A stretch of DNA of 64,000 nt from Candidatus Krumholzibacteriia bacterium (lineage in GTDB: Bacteria; Krumholzibacteriota; Krumholzibacteriia; LZORAL124-64-63). Position numbers and translations under genes: made by a program. The stretch is taken from the NCBI GenBank assembly GCA_050174015.1, contig JBFXKG010000001.1, positions 192,001-256,000 on the forward strand, given 5' to 3'. Under the pieces are notes generated by a model. It had not been told where the DNA came from, made no database searches, and saw only the letters and a list, made by a program, of their open reading frames with translations. The number at the start of each line of letters is the position of its first letter. Positions within the stretch are counted from its first letter, which is position 1. Below, in pieces: positions 23,815 through 32,393 of the stretch.

Positions 23815-26406
23815 TCAAAGGCTGAACCAGGTGGAGAACTTCGCCAGCAACGTGTTCCCCGGTTCGGTCCGGAACGGGTAGCCGGCCTCGAATCGGTTGC
23901 TCCAGCGGTCGGGGTCGGCAGCCCCGCCGCGGGTGTCGTACCGCTCCTTGTTGTGGGTCCAGACCAGGAAGATGGTGGATCCCGGCCGGTACTCCCAGCG
24001 ATAGACCAGGTTCAGGTTCACGGCGCCGTAGTTGAAGTCGTACAGGTCCGCATCCAGGGGATAGGGGCGCAGGTCGTAGGAATCGGGCGTGGCCAGCCAC
24101 TGGGGATTGCTGTAGCGCCCCCGGGTCAAAAACGGCTGGACGTAGAGCTCGACGGATCGATCGGGGTCCAGCAGGACGCTGGATCGGAAGGTCACGTCCC
24201 AGATCATCTGGTCCAGTTCGGCGAAGACGTAGTCGACGCCTCCGAGGCCCGTCACCCCGGGATGGGAACCGTCGTTGGCGAAGTTTTCCAGCCACTGGTC
24301 GTCGCTGCGGTTGTGGCGGATGCCGAACCCCAGGGTGTGGGACAGGTGCTCGTTCTGGTTCCAGCGCACGCTGCCCTCGGTGGCCAGGGCGTCGAGGCTT
24401 TCGCCGCCGTCCCAGTGGACCTCCAGCGAGACGGAGAACGGCTTGCGCCAGTCGCTGCTCACGCCCCCGGCGAGGTTGGTCCAGCCCCGCATGGTCATCA
24501 GGGGACCCTGCCGCCCCCGGAAGCTGCGGGTGGCGTACTTGTCGGTCCCGTCGGGATAGTGGGCGGCGTAGAGCCAGCCCTGGTGGTAGCGCTTGTGCTG
24601 GGCGGTCGTCATCAGGGAAATGGCGGCGCCTTGCCCATGTCCCGGGCCGTAGCGCCAGGCGGTCGCGCCGGTGGCGACGTCCAGCCCGGTGTTCCCGGCG
24701 TAGAGCCAGCTGCGCTCCGCCTCCAGTTCCACTTCGATCCAGTTGAAGAACCCGTCGCGGCCCTCGGCGTTGTAGGAGTATTCGAACTCACCGCCGATGG
24801 CCTTCTCGTCCGGCGCCTGCAGGTAGCCCATGTCGTTGGGGTCGAGCTGGTCGGATTCCCAGTAGCCGGTCACCCCGCCCCGCCAGGAGCCGCCGACCTT
24901 GCCCGCGAAGAGGCGGCCGCCGGTGCCGTACCGTGTGTCGCCGCTCCGGGCGGGATCGAAACGGTCGGCGAAGGAATCGACGATGGTCCCGACGGCCGAG
25001 CCGGCGACGCGATAGGCCCGGTCGGCGAAGTTCAGCTGGAAGTCGAGCCCCCCGCTGTGGGCGTCGCGCAGCCAGCGCGGATCCCGGACGTTCGCGAACG
25101 AGTCGCGGTCCCTCCGCACCGTCGTCCCCATCAGGTACACCTGGTGGTTGCCTTCGGCGAACTCCCGGCCGACCCGGACCAGGCCGTAATAGGTCTTCTG
25201 GGTGCCGGGGACGAAGGGGTTGTGGGCCTTGTCCGGGACGCCGAGGTCGGTGGCCGCCCCCAGGAAGGCCAGGGAGACGTTGCCGCCGATCTTGCCGGTC
25301 AGCTTGGCCGCGCCCCGGATGCGGGAGTTGGGATCCCCGCTGCCGATCCGGCGCGAATAGAACAGGGTGAAGTCCGGATGCTGGAAGGACCGGGCTCCCT
25401 CGATGAAGAAGGGCCGCTTTTCCGCGTAGAAGGTCTCGAAGGGGGACAGGTTCAACGTGGCGGGGTCCGCCTCGACCTGGCCGAAGTCCGGCTGGAAGGT
25501 GGCGTTGAGGGTCAGGTTCGCGGTGATCCCGTACTTCAGGTCCGCCCCGAAGTTCTGGGCGTTCTGCCACCCGTCGGTGGCGGGGTCGGGATCGGCCGGA
25601 TCGGTGTGCCTGGTCACAACGTAGGGCAGGATCTCGAGCTTCCGCGGATTGGCCACCCCCCGCAGCCCGGTCAGGGTGCCCCAGCGGCTGACGAAGCCGC
25701 TGGTGTTGCGGTCCCAGGTCACCCAGCCGGTGTCCTCGGCGCGGCCGTGCATCCAGCGGTAGACCTGCAATCCCCAGGTCATGTCGTCGCGCGGGGTGAA
25801 CCGGATCTGGGAAAAGGGGATCCGCACCTCGACGTACCAGCCCTTCTCGTCGGCGGCGGTTCTCGCTTCCCAGACCCCGTTCCAGTCCCAGTCCCGGTCA
25901 CCGTTGTCGAACAGGTAGGCGTCGGCCAGGACCTCCTCGGGGCTGATGCGGAAGTTGTAGCCTGTGGTCCGGTCCAGGTACGGATCGAGGTAGATGCTGA
26001 CCATGTCCGAGGCCTGCAGGTTGTCCCGCCGGTCCAGGTGGCTCGAGACGTTGCGCATGTCCTGTTCCCAGCACGCCACGCCGAAGTAGAGGGCGTCCTC
26101 GTCGTAGAGGACCTTGAAGGTGGTCGGCACCGACGGCGGTCCCCCGCGCGACGGTTCGTTCTGCTGGAATCCCCAGCCGGTCTCGGCGCGGTCCCAGGCC
26201 GGGTCGTCCAGACGGCCGTCCAGGGCGATGGTTTCGTCGCCCAGGGAGGTCGCCGCCAGGGCGGGCAGGGCGGTCAGGGTCCCGTTGGCCGCGACGGGGT
26301 GGAGGGGGCCGTCCCCTCGGGGGGCGAAGCTCGGGACGGGGGCGGCGAGGGCGGGGAGCGCAAAGGCGACCGACAGGGCCAGCGCTGCGGTGGTCGGGAA
26401 AGGCAT
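23815..26406 (-). CDS. CBM9-like plus DUF5916 outer-membrane protein
   Basis: LDGRLDD..W, VLYD..ALY, EVRIPFSQIRF, PDFGQVEADP, FY.EKRPFF, LFYSRRIG; signal peptide; beta-barrel-like C-terminus. Confidence 0.85.
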   Translation of the reverse strand: MPFPTTAALALSVAFALPALAAPVPSFAPRGDGPLHPVAANGTLTALPALAATSLGDETIALDGRLDDPAWDRAETGWGFQQNEPSRGGPPSVPTTFKVLYDEDALYFGVACWEQDMRNVSSHLDRRDNLQASDMVSIYLDPYLDRTTGYNFRISPEEVLADAYLFDNGDRDWDWNGVWEARTAADEKGWYVEVRIPFSQIRFTPRDDMTWGLQVYRWMHGRAEDTGWVTWDRNTSGFVSRWGTLTGLRGVANPRKLEILPYVVTRHTDPADPDPATDGWQNAQNFGADLKYGITANLTLNATFQPDFGQVEADPATLNLSPFETFYAEKRPFFIEGARSFQHPDFTLFYSRRIGSGDPNSRIRGAAKLTGKIGGNVSLAFLGAATDLGVPDKAHNPFVPGTQKTYYGLVRVGREFAEGNHQVYLMGTTVRRDRDSFANVRDPRWLRDAHSGGLDFQLNFADRAYRVAGSAVGTIVDSFADRFDPARSGDTRYGTGGRLFAGKVGGSWRGGVTGYWESDQLDPNDMGYLQAPDEKAIGGEFEYSYNAEGRDGFFNWIEVELEAERSWLYAGNTGLDVATGATAWRYGPGHGQGAAISLMTTAQHKRYHQGWLYAAHYPDGTDKYATRSFRGRQGPLMTMRGWTNLAGGVSSDWRKPFSVSLEVHWDGGESLDALATEGSVRWNQNEHLSHTLGFGIRHNRSDDQWLENFANDGSHPGVTGLGGVDYVFAELDQMIWDVTFRSSVLLDPDRSVELYVQPFLTRGRYSNPQWLATPDSYDLRPYPLDADLYDFNYGAVNLNLVYRWEYRPGSTIFLVWTHNKERYDTRGGAADPDRWSNRFEAGYPFRTEPGNTLLAKFSTWFSL

Positions 26407-26573
26407 GGTCTCTCCAGGGGGCGGCGGGGCGGCATGCCACGAATCAGGGTTGCAGGCCGGGGAGTCCCGCGGCCGGGGGATGATGGACCTACGGCCGGGG
26501 GCCGCCGGGTGTTGCGGGAAGCCTACCATCCCTCAGGGGATGGGGGACACTCCGGAATTCCCGGGCGGCGACC

Positions 26574-26600
26574 GAACTCTTGACGCGGCGCCTGCGTCTA
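26574..26600 (+). promoter_or_regulatory. Putative ECF-sigma autoregulatory promoter
   Basis: GAACT-N16-CGTCTA immediately upstream of the ECF sigma gene. Confidence 0.55.
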
Positions 26601-26663
26601 TGGGTTGATCGGAAGAACGAGAACAGGGTTTGGCCCGGGATGCCCCAACCGATACGGGTGACG

Positions 26664-27254
26664 ATGGACCAGGCGGAACTTCTGGAACGCTGTCGCGAGG
26701 GCGACGAGCTCGCATGGGAGATGCTGGTGAGACAGCAGCAGGGACGGGTGTGCTCCATAGCCTACAGCTACGTGGGCGAGCAGGACGAGGCCTTCGACCT
26801 CGCCCAGGACATCTTCGTCCGCCTGTACAAGAGCCTGGACACCTGCACCGATCCCGAGAAGTTCCCCGCGTGGCTGACCCGGATCGCCCGCAACGCCTGC
26901 ATCGACCACCTGCGCCGGCGCAAGGCGAGGCCGCCCCGGCAGGACATCCCCGCCGACGAGATGACGAACCTGGCCGCCGAGACCCCGACCCCGGAGGACG
27001 AGTGGTTCCGGTCGTCCCGGCAGAAGATGGTGCACCGGGCCTTGCAGCAACTCAGCGAGATCAACCGCGAGATCATCGTCCTGAAGGACATCCAGGGCCT
27101 GCCCCTGGAGGAGATCGCCGGGATGCTGGACCTGCCCCTGGGCACGGTGAAGTCGCGGTCGAGCAGGGCGCGCATCGAACTGGCCAGGACGATCACGGGG
27201 ATGGGCGGCGGACCGGACGGTCCCGGCCCGTTGGGCGCGGAGGCGGCGATATGA
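26664..27254 (+). CDS. ECF RNA polymerase sigma factor
   Basis: DLAQDIF..., F.AWL.RIARN.CIDHLRR (region 2), EIA..L..P.GTVKSR..RAR (region 4); start 26640 or 26664. Confidence 0.92.
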   Translation: MDQAELLERCREGDELAWEMLVRQQQGRVCSIAYSYVGEQDEAFDLAQDIFVRLYKSLDTCTDPEKFPAWLTRIARNACIDHLRRRKARPPRQDIPADEMTNLAAETPTPEDEWFRSSRQKMVHRALQQLSEINREIIVLKDIQGLPLEEIAGMLDLPLGTVKSRSSRARIELARTITGMGGGPDGPGPLGAEAAI

Positions 27255-28072
27255 ACGGCTCCCGGGGCAACGGCCGCGACCGCAGCGAGCGCTTCCTGAA
27301 CGACGTGCTGGCCCGCACCAGCGGGCCGGCCTGCGGGCGGGCGCTGGATCTGCTGCCGGGGCTGACCGACGGCGAGTTGGGCGACCTGGACCGGCGGCTG
27401 GTCCAGGGCCACCTGGAGCACTGCCCGCAGTGCCGGGCGACGGCGGTGGTCATGGGCTGGCTGGGGGGCGCCCTCGATTCGATGGCCGTGGTGGATCCCG
27501 GGGAGGGCTTCACCCGCAGGGTGCTGGCCCGCACCAGCCGCGCCGCGGCCCTCGAGGCGGAACGGCGGCGCCTGACCGGGGCGGCCGGCCTGATGGATCG
27601 GCTGGGCAGGTGGTGGGAGGATCGGATCCAGCGTCCGGCCTTCGCCATGCAGGCGGCCTACGCGGCCACGGTCGTCCTGGTGCTGCTGACGGCGGTGCCG
27701 GGGGCCCCCTTGAAGCAGCTCCCGGGGCAGGCCCTGGAACTGGTCCAGGCCGGGCCGGACGAATCCTCGGTCGTCGGCCGGGCCCTGGGCGGGGCCGGCG
27801 CCTGGGTCGAATCCCGCACCGGCGTCGTCGTGGACTCCGGGCGCGGCGGGCTGGCCTCGGGCTGGGGGAAAGTCCGCTCGTCCTGGACGGAACGGGCGGA
27901 CCGGACCGCGGCCGACCGCGCCGAACTCCGGGCCCGGGTCGAGGACGTGATGGATCAGGCCGGGCGGGGACGCCTGGGCCAGGCGGGATACCGCCTCTGG
28001 GAGGCCGGCAAGGCCTTCGGCAGCTTCTGGAATCACTGGTGGACAAGCGATCGACAAGCAGATGCGTCATAG
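27251..28072 (+). CDS. ZAS (zf-HC2) transmembrane anti-sigma factor
   Basis: C..(LDLL)..DGEL...HLEHCPQC motif, one TM helix, ATGA overlap with the sigma gene. Confidence 0.85.
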   Translation: MNGSRGNGRDRSERFLNDVLARTSGPACGRALDLLPGLTDGELGDLDRRLVQGHLEHCPQCRATAVVMGWLGGALDSMAVVDPGEGFTRRVLARTSRAAALEAERRRLTGAAGLMDRLGRWWEDRIQRPAFAMQAAYAATVVLVLLTAVPGAPLKQLPGQALELVQAGPDESSVVGRALGGAGAWVESRTGVVVDSGRGGLASGWGKVRSSWTERADRTAADRAELRARVEDVMDQAGRGRLGQAGYRLWEAGKAFGSFWNHWWTSDRQADAS

Positions 28073-28085
28073 AAAGGAGCTCGTC

Positions 28086-28628
28086 ATGAACGGCGAACAG
28101 CACGACACCAACCGGCCCGGGTACGCAGGAGCGCCGCCGCCGCGGGAAACCTACGGGGTGCCGGTCAACCGCCCGGTCGCCCGGAAATCCCCGGCCCTGG
28201 CCACCACCCTGTCCCTCTTCCCGGGACTCGGCCAGATCTACGTGGGGTATTACCAGCAGGGCTTCATCCATGCGGCGATCGTGGCCACCACGATCACCAT
28301 CCTGGCGGGAGGGGCGGGGAGCTTCACCCCGCTGCTGGGCGTGTCCCTGGCCTTCTTCTGGCTCTTCAACCTCATCGACGCCAACCGCAGGGCCCTGCAC
28401 TTCAACCGCATCGCCGACGGCTTCGGAGGCGAGGAGGTTCCCGACGACATCGCCCTGCCCGGGGCCCGGGGATCGGTGCTCGGGGGGACCATCCTGGCGG
28501 CCATGGGCCTGCTGATCTTCCTGGACCTGAACTTCGGGATCTCCCTGGAGTGGCTGGAGGACTGGTGGCCCCTGGCCCTGGTCGGGATGGGAGTCTGGAT
28601 GATTCTCAAGGCCAGGAGAAAGGACTAG
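28086..28628 (+). CDS. Membrane protein of the ECF operon (TM2-like N-terminus, LiaF/DUF5668-like C-terminus)
   Basis: KSPALA..LS.FPGLGQIY.G; G.IL...G..., WWPLALV.MG; AAAGGAG RBS. Confidence 0.7.
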   Translation: MNGEQHDTNRPGYAGAPPPRETYGVPVNRPVARKSPALATTLSLFPGLGQIYVGYYQQGFIHAAIVATTITILAGGAGSFTPLLGVSLAFFWLFNLIDANRRALHFNRIADGFGGEEVPDDIALPGARGSVLGGTILAAMGLLIFLDLNFGISLEWLEDWWPLALVGMGVWMILKARRKD

Positions 28629-28704
28629 GCCCCCGTTCCGAGCAGGTCCTTCCGGACCCGTTCCACCCGGGGGAACACCGCCGACCAGGTGAAGCCGGAC
28701 AGAT

Positions 28705-28734
28705 CGGGCGGCGGATCGCATGATCCGCCGCCCG
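28705..28734. terminator. Hairpin after the ECF operon
   Basis: CGGGCGGCGGATC-GCAT-GATCCGCCGCCCG. Confidence 0.55.
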
Positions 28735-28850
28735 CGACGTTCAGGATCAGTGATTTTTTGCAGATCTCTTTACTTCGGGTCAAGCCGCAGAGGTTTCCGC
28801 CGATATTGACGGGGGATTGGCCCCCGCCCATGACCGAGGAGTGGAACGAG

Positions 28851-29228
28851 ATGACGAGGATTCTCCTGGTGGACGACGACACCCAGGTGCGAACCATGCT
28901 GAAGAAGACGTTCGAACGAGAGGGATACGAAGTCGTGGAGGCCGGGGACGGCTGCCAGGCCGTCGCCCTCTACGACCCCGACACCATAGATCTGGTGATC
29001 ACGGACATCGTCATGCCCGAGAAGGAAGGCATCGAGACCATCCGGGAGATCAAGAGCAACAACCCTCAGGCCAAGATCATCGCCATCTCGGGCGGAGGCC
29101 GCATCAAGCCGGGCGATTACCTGGCCTGGGCCGAACGTTTCGGGGTGGACAACACCTTCACCAAGCCGATCAGGCGCCAGGAGATCCTCGACGCCATCGA
29201 GGCCCTGGTCAGGAAACCCGTGGGGTGA
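28851..29228 (+). CDS. Single-domain response regulator
   Basis: ILLVDDD, DLVITDIVMP, ISG, FTKP. Confidence 0.92.
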   Translation: MTRILLVDDDTQVRTMLKKTFEREGYEVVEAGDGCQAVALYDPDTIDLVITDIVMPEKEGIETIREIKSNNPQAKIIAISGGGRIKPGDYLAWAERFGVDNTFTKPIRRQEILDAIEALVRKPVG

Positions 29229-29230
29229 CC

Positions 29231-30262
29231 ATGAAGCTCCAGACCGGAGCGGCGATCCTGGTGGTGGATGACAACATCCAGGACCAGCGCGTGCACCGCG
29301 TCACTCTCCAGGCCCGGGGATACCGCGTCACCACCGCGAACTCGGCGGAGGAGGCGGAGGGCCAGCTGGATCTCACGGTTCCGGACCTGATCCTCCTGGC
29401 GGCCGGCCTCAGGGGCGGGGCCTACGATCTGTGCCGCCGGTTCAAGGACGACCCTCGGCTTCACCAGGTCCCGGTCATCTTCGTCTCCTATTCCCGCGAA
29501 CCGGCGACCGTCGAGCAGATCTTCGCCTGCGGCGGGGTGGACGTCATCGTCAAGCCCTGCCACCTGAGCGAATTCCTGGCCAGGGTCAAGACCCACCTGG
29601 ATCTCGGCAACCTCCTGCGGGAGGTCCAGAGGCTGCGTGAATCCGACATCGACGCCAACCCGCTGACCCACCTGCCGGGAAACAACACCATCGCGACCGC
29701 CATCCAGGAGGCCATCGACCAGGGCCGCGACATGACGGTCATCTACACGGACCTGGACAACTTCAAGGCCTACAACGACGCCTACGGTTTCAGCGCGGGG
29801 GACGACATCCTGCTCTTCAACGCCGAGACCCTGCAAACCGCGCTGCGAACCATCTGCCCGGACGACAGCTTCCTCGGCCACGTGGGCGGGGACGACTTCG
29901 TGCTGCTGGTCCCGGCCGCCAAGGCCGAACAGGTGGGGGCGCGGATCGCGGAAATCTTCGACGCCGGTGCGCCGATGTTCTACCGGGACGAGGATCTCCA
30001 CCGGGGTTGCCTGGTGGCCCAGGACCGCCAGGGCAACGAGCAGCACTTCCCGATCATGGGGATCAGCATGGGGGGGGTCAGGTTGACCAGCCGCCCCTTC
30101 ACCCGCTTCGTCGAGGTGGCGGCGGTCTGCGCCGAGGTGAAGCACGCGGCCAAGAAGATCCCCGGCAGCAACCTGTTCATGGATCGCCGCGGGGACCTTC
30201 TGCCCAGGGAAGCGAAGCCGCCGGCGGCGGTCGACGCCATCGAATCCCCCCAGCCCGCCTGA
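29231..30262 (+). CDS. Receiver-like domain plus GGDEF diguanylate cyclase
   Basis: ILVVDD REC start; NPLT.LPGN, DLDNFKAYND.YG...GD, HVGGDDF. Confidence 0.88.
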   Translation: MKLQTGAAILVVDDNIQDQRVHRVTLQARGYRVTTANSAEEAEGQLDLTVPDLILLAAGLRGGAYDLCRRFKDDPRLHQVPVIFVSYSREPATVEQIFACGGVDVIVKPCHLSEFLARVKTHLDLGNLLREVQRLRESDIDANPLTHLPGNNTIATAIQEAIDQGRDMTVIYTDLDNFKAYNDAYGFSAGDDILLFNAETLQTALRTICPDDSFLGHVGGDDFVLLVPAAKAEQVGARIAEIFDAGAPMFYRDEDLHRGCLVAQDRQGNEQHFPIMGISMGGVRLTSRPFTRFVEVAAVCAEVKHAAKKIPGSNLFMDRRGDLLPREAKPPAAVDAIESPQPA

Positions 30263-30272
30263 ATTCAACGGA

Positions 30273-31745
30273 TCAGCCCAGCGCCGTGAGGATGTCCCGG
30301 CACAGATCGGTGAGGGACGGGTCCCGCGCTCCCATGACCAGGACCAGGTCGCCAGGACCGGCCTCCTCGGCGATGGCTGAGGGCAGCCCGGCCCGGTCCG
30401 GGATGAACCGGGCGTCCCGGCCCCGGCCGCTGACCGCGCCCGCCAGATCCGCCGAGGAGATGTCCCGGGTGACCGTGCCTCCGGCGAAGAAGATCTCGGG
30501 CAGCCAGAGGACGTCCCGCGGGCGCAGGCACGAGGCGAAGGTGTCCACCAGGGCGTCGCGCAGGAACCGGGTGGGGCCGAAACCGTGGGGCTGGAAGACG
30601 GCCAGGACCCGGCCGCGGCCGGCGTCCCGCAGGCGCCGGCGGGCGGTCGCGAGGGCGGCGGCGATCTTGTCGGGATTGTGGGCGAAGTCGTCGATCACCT
30701 CGACGTCCCGGGCCGTTCCCACGGGCTGGAAGCGCCGGGCGACGCCCTGGAACCTCGCGAGCGGCCCGGCCGTCTGCTCGACCGTCAGGCCGCAGGCCCG
30801 GCAGGCCGCCACCGCGGCGGCGGCGTTCAACACGTTGTGGATCCCGGGCTGGGGCAGCCGGAAGGGGACGCCGTCGATGATGAAGCGGGATTCGCGCGGG
30901 CGCAGATCGACACCCTCGGCCCAGGTGCCCGCCAGCCCCGCGGGCCGCTGGTCCCGGAGCCCGAAAAAGGCGGCCCCCTCGCGCAGGGAGGCGAGGTTTT
31001 CGTCGGCCGGCATCACGAAGACCCCGCGGGTGCGGGCCTTGAAGGTGGCGAACATGCCCAGGACCTCGGCGGGCGGCTTGTGGTCGAGACCGAGGTTCAA
31101 CACCAGTCCGACGTGGGGACGGTAGCGGACGAGGCTGCCGTCGCTCTCGTCGGCCTCGATCACCAGCCACGGAGGGCCGGGGTCCGCGGCGGCCGCCGGA
31201 TCGGCCGGGGGGGTGGGAGCCCAGGCGTTGCCCAGGTGGCCGCGGGCCGTCAGTTCCGCCAGGGCGCCGCCGGTGAGCAGACCCGGCCCCCAGCCCGCAT
31301 CCTGCAGGATGGCGAACACCATGGCGGTGACCGTGGACTTGCCGCTGGTCCCGGTGACGGCGACGGTGCGGTGGCTCTCCACGTGGCGGGCCAGCAGCTC
31401 GGAGCGATGCAGGATGGGAATGCCCAGCTTGCGCGCCGCCGTCAGGTCCGGCACGGCGTCCTCGACGGCGGTGCTGGCGATCACGGCGTCGCAGCGGCGG
31501 CCGGACGGCTCGACGAGGCCGGACCCGTCCTGGGGCCGGATCTCCACGCCGGCAGCAGCCAGGGCTTGGCGGATGGCTTCGCGTTCCCCGTGGTCGAAAG
31601 CCCGGTCGCTGCCGGTGGCGCGGCCGCCTGCGGCGCGGCTCCCGCCGGCGTGCAGCAGGGCCAGGGCGCTCATGCCGCTGCCGCCGGCGCCCACGAAGTG
31701 GAGCCAGGATCCCGGTCCGACGACGACGGTCTCAGAGGATGACAA
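30273..31745 (-). CDS. MurC/Mpl family UDP-MurNAc peptide ligase
   Basis: GAGGSGMSALA, GTSGKSTVT, EADESD, DH, DDFAHNP, FQPHG, MGA. Confidence 0.85.
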   Translation of the reverse strand: MSSSETVVVGPGSWLHFVGAGGSGMSALALLHAGGSRAAGGRATGSDRAFDHGEREAIRQALAAAGVEIRPQDGSGLVEPSGRRCDAVIASTAVEDAVPDLTAARKLGIPILHRSELLARHVESHRTVAVTGTSGKSTVTAMVFAILQDAGWGPGLLTGGALAELTARGHLGNAWAPTPPADPAAAADPGPPWLVIEADESDGSLVRYRPHVGLVLNLGLDHKPPAEVLGMFATFKARTRGVFVMPADENLASLREGAAFFGLRDQRPAGLAGTWAEGVDLRPRESRFIIDGVPFRLPQPGIHNVLNAAAAVAACRACGLTVEQTAGPLARFQGVARRFQPVGTARDVEVIDDFAHNPDKIAAALATARRRLRDAGRGRVLAVFQPHGFGPTRFLRDALVDTFASCLRPRDVLWLPEIFFAGGTVTRDISSADLAGAVSGRGRDARFIPDRAGLPSAIAEEAGPGDLVLVMGARDPSLTDLCRDILTALG

Positions 31746-32343
31746 CCGGATCTCCTTCCTCGACCAGATCGAAGACCTCCAGCACGGCCCGGTTGGCCAG
31801 GCGGATGCAGCCGTGGGAGACCGCCTCGCCCAGGCGGTCCTCCTGGTTCGTGCCGTGCAGGTAGATGAAGCGGGCGAGGCTGTCGATGCCCGGACCCCGG
31901 TTGATCCCGTCCTCCAGCCCCTCGAGGGTCAGGATGCGCGTGAGGATGAGATCCCGGTCCACGTTTCCGGGAGGGCTGCCCGGGCCCGTCCAGATCTCGC
32001 CGGTGGGCTCACGGCTGACGAAGACGGCCCCGAGGGGCTGGCCCGACCCGATGCGGCGGGCGATGCGGTGCACGCCGGGCGGGGTGCCGGCCGATCCGTC
32101 CCTGTTGTCGATCCCCGCCGCGGCGGTGGAGACCTGCCAGCTGCGGACGGAACGCCCCTGCTCGATCAGATGCAGGCTTTGCCGGGAGACCGCGACCAGG
32201 AGCCAGCGCGCAGGGTCGGCGAAGCCGGCGGCGGCGAGCCTGGAGGCGCCCAGACGCAGGATTCCGGCGGGCGGCGACGGGCCGACCTGCGGGGATCCTG
32301 GGGGAATGGAGGGCTTTCTTGCCAAGGTCCGGATTTCTGCCAT
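31732..32343 (-). CDS. L,D-transpeptidase (YkuD) family protein
   Basis: VSTA..G, TP.G.H, IYLHGT, SHGCIR. Confidence 0.88.
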   Translation of the reverse strand: MAEIRTLARKPSIPPGSPQVGPSPPAGILRLGASRLAAAGFADPARWLLVAVSRQSLHLIEQGRSVRSWQVSTAAAGIDNRDGSAGTPPGVHRIARRIGSGQPLGAVFVSREPTGEIWTGPGSPPGNVDRDLILTRILTLEGLEDGINRGPGIDSLARFIYLHGTNQEDRLGEAVSHGCIRLANRAVLEVFDLVEEGDPVVIL

Positions 32344-32393
32344 TTTACTGTTAAAGAATTATCGACCAGGTCGGCCGATCCCAAGGAGCTGCA

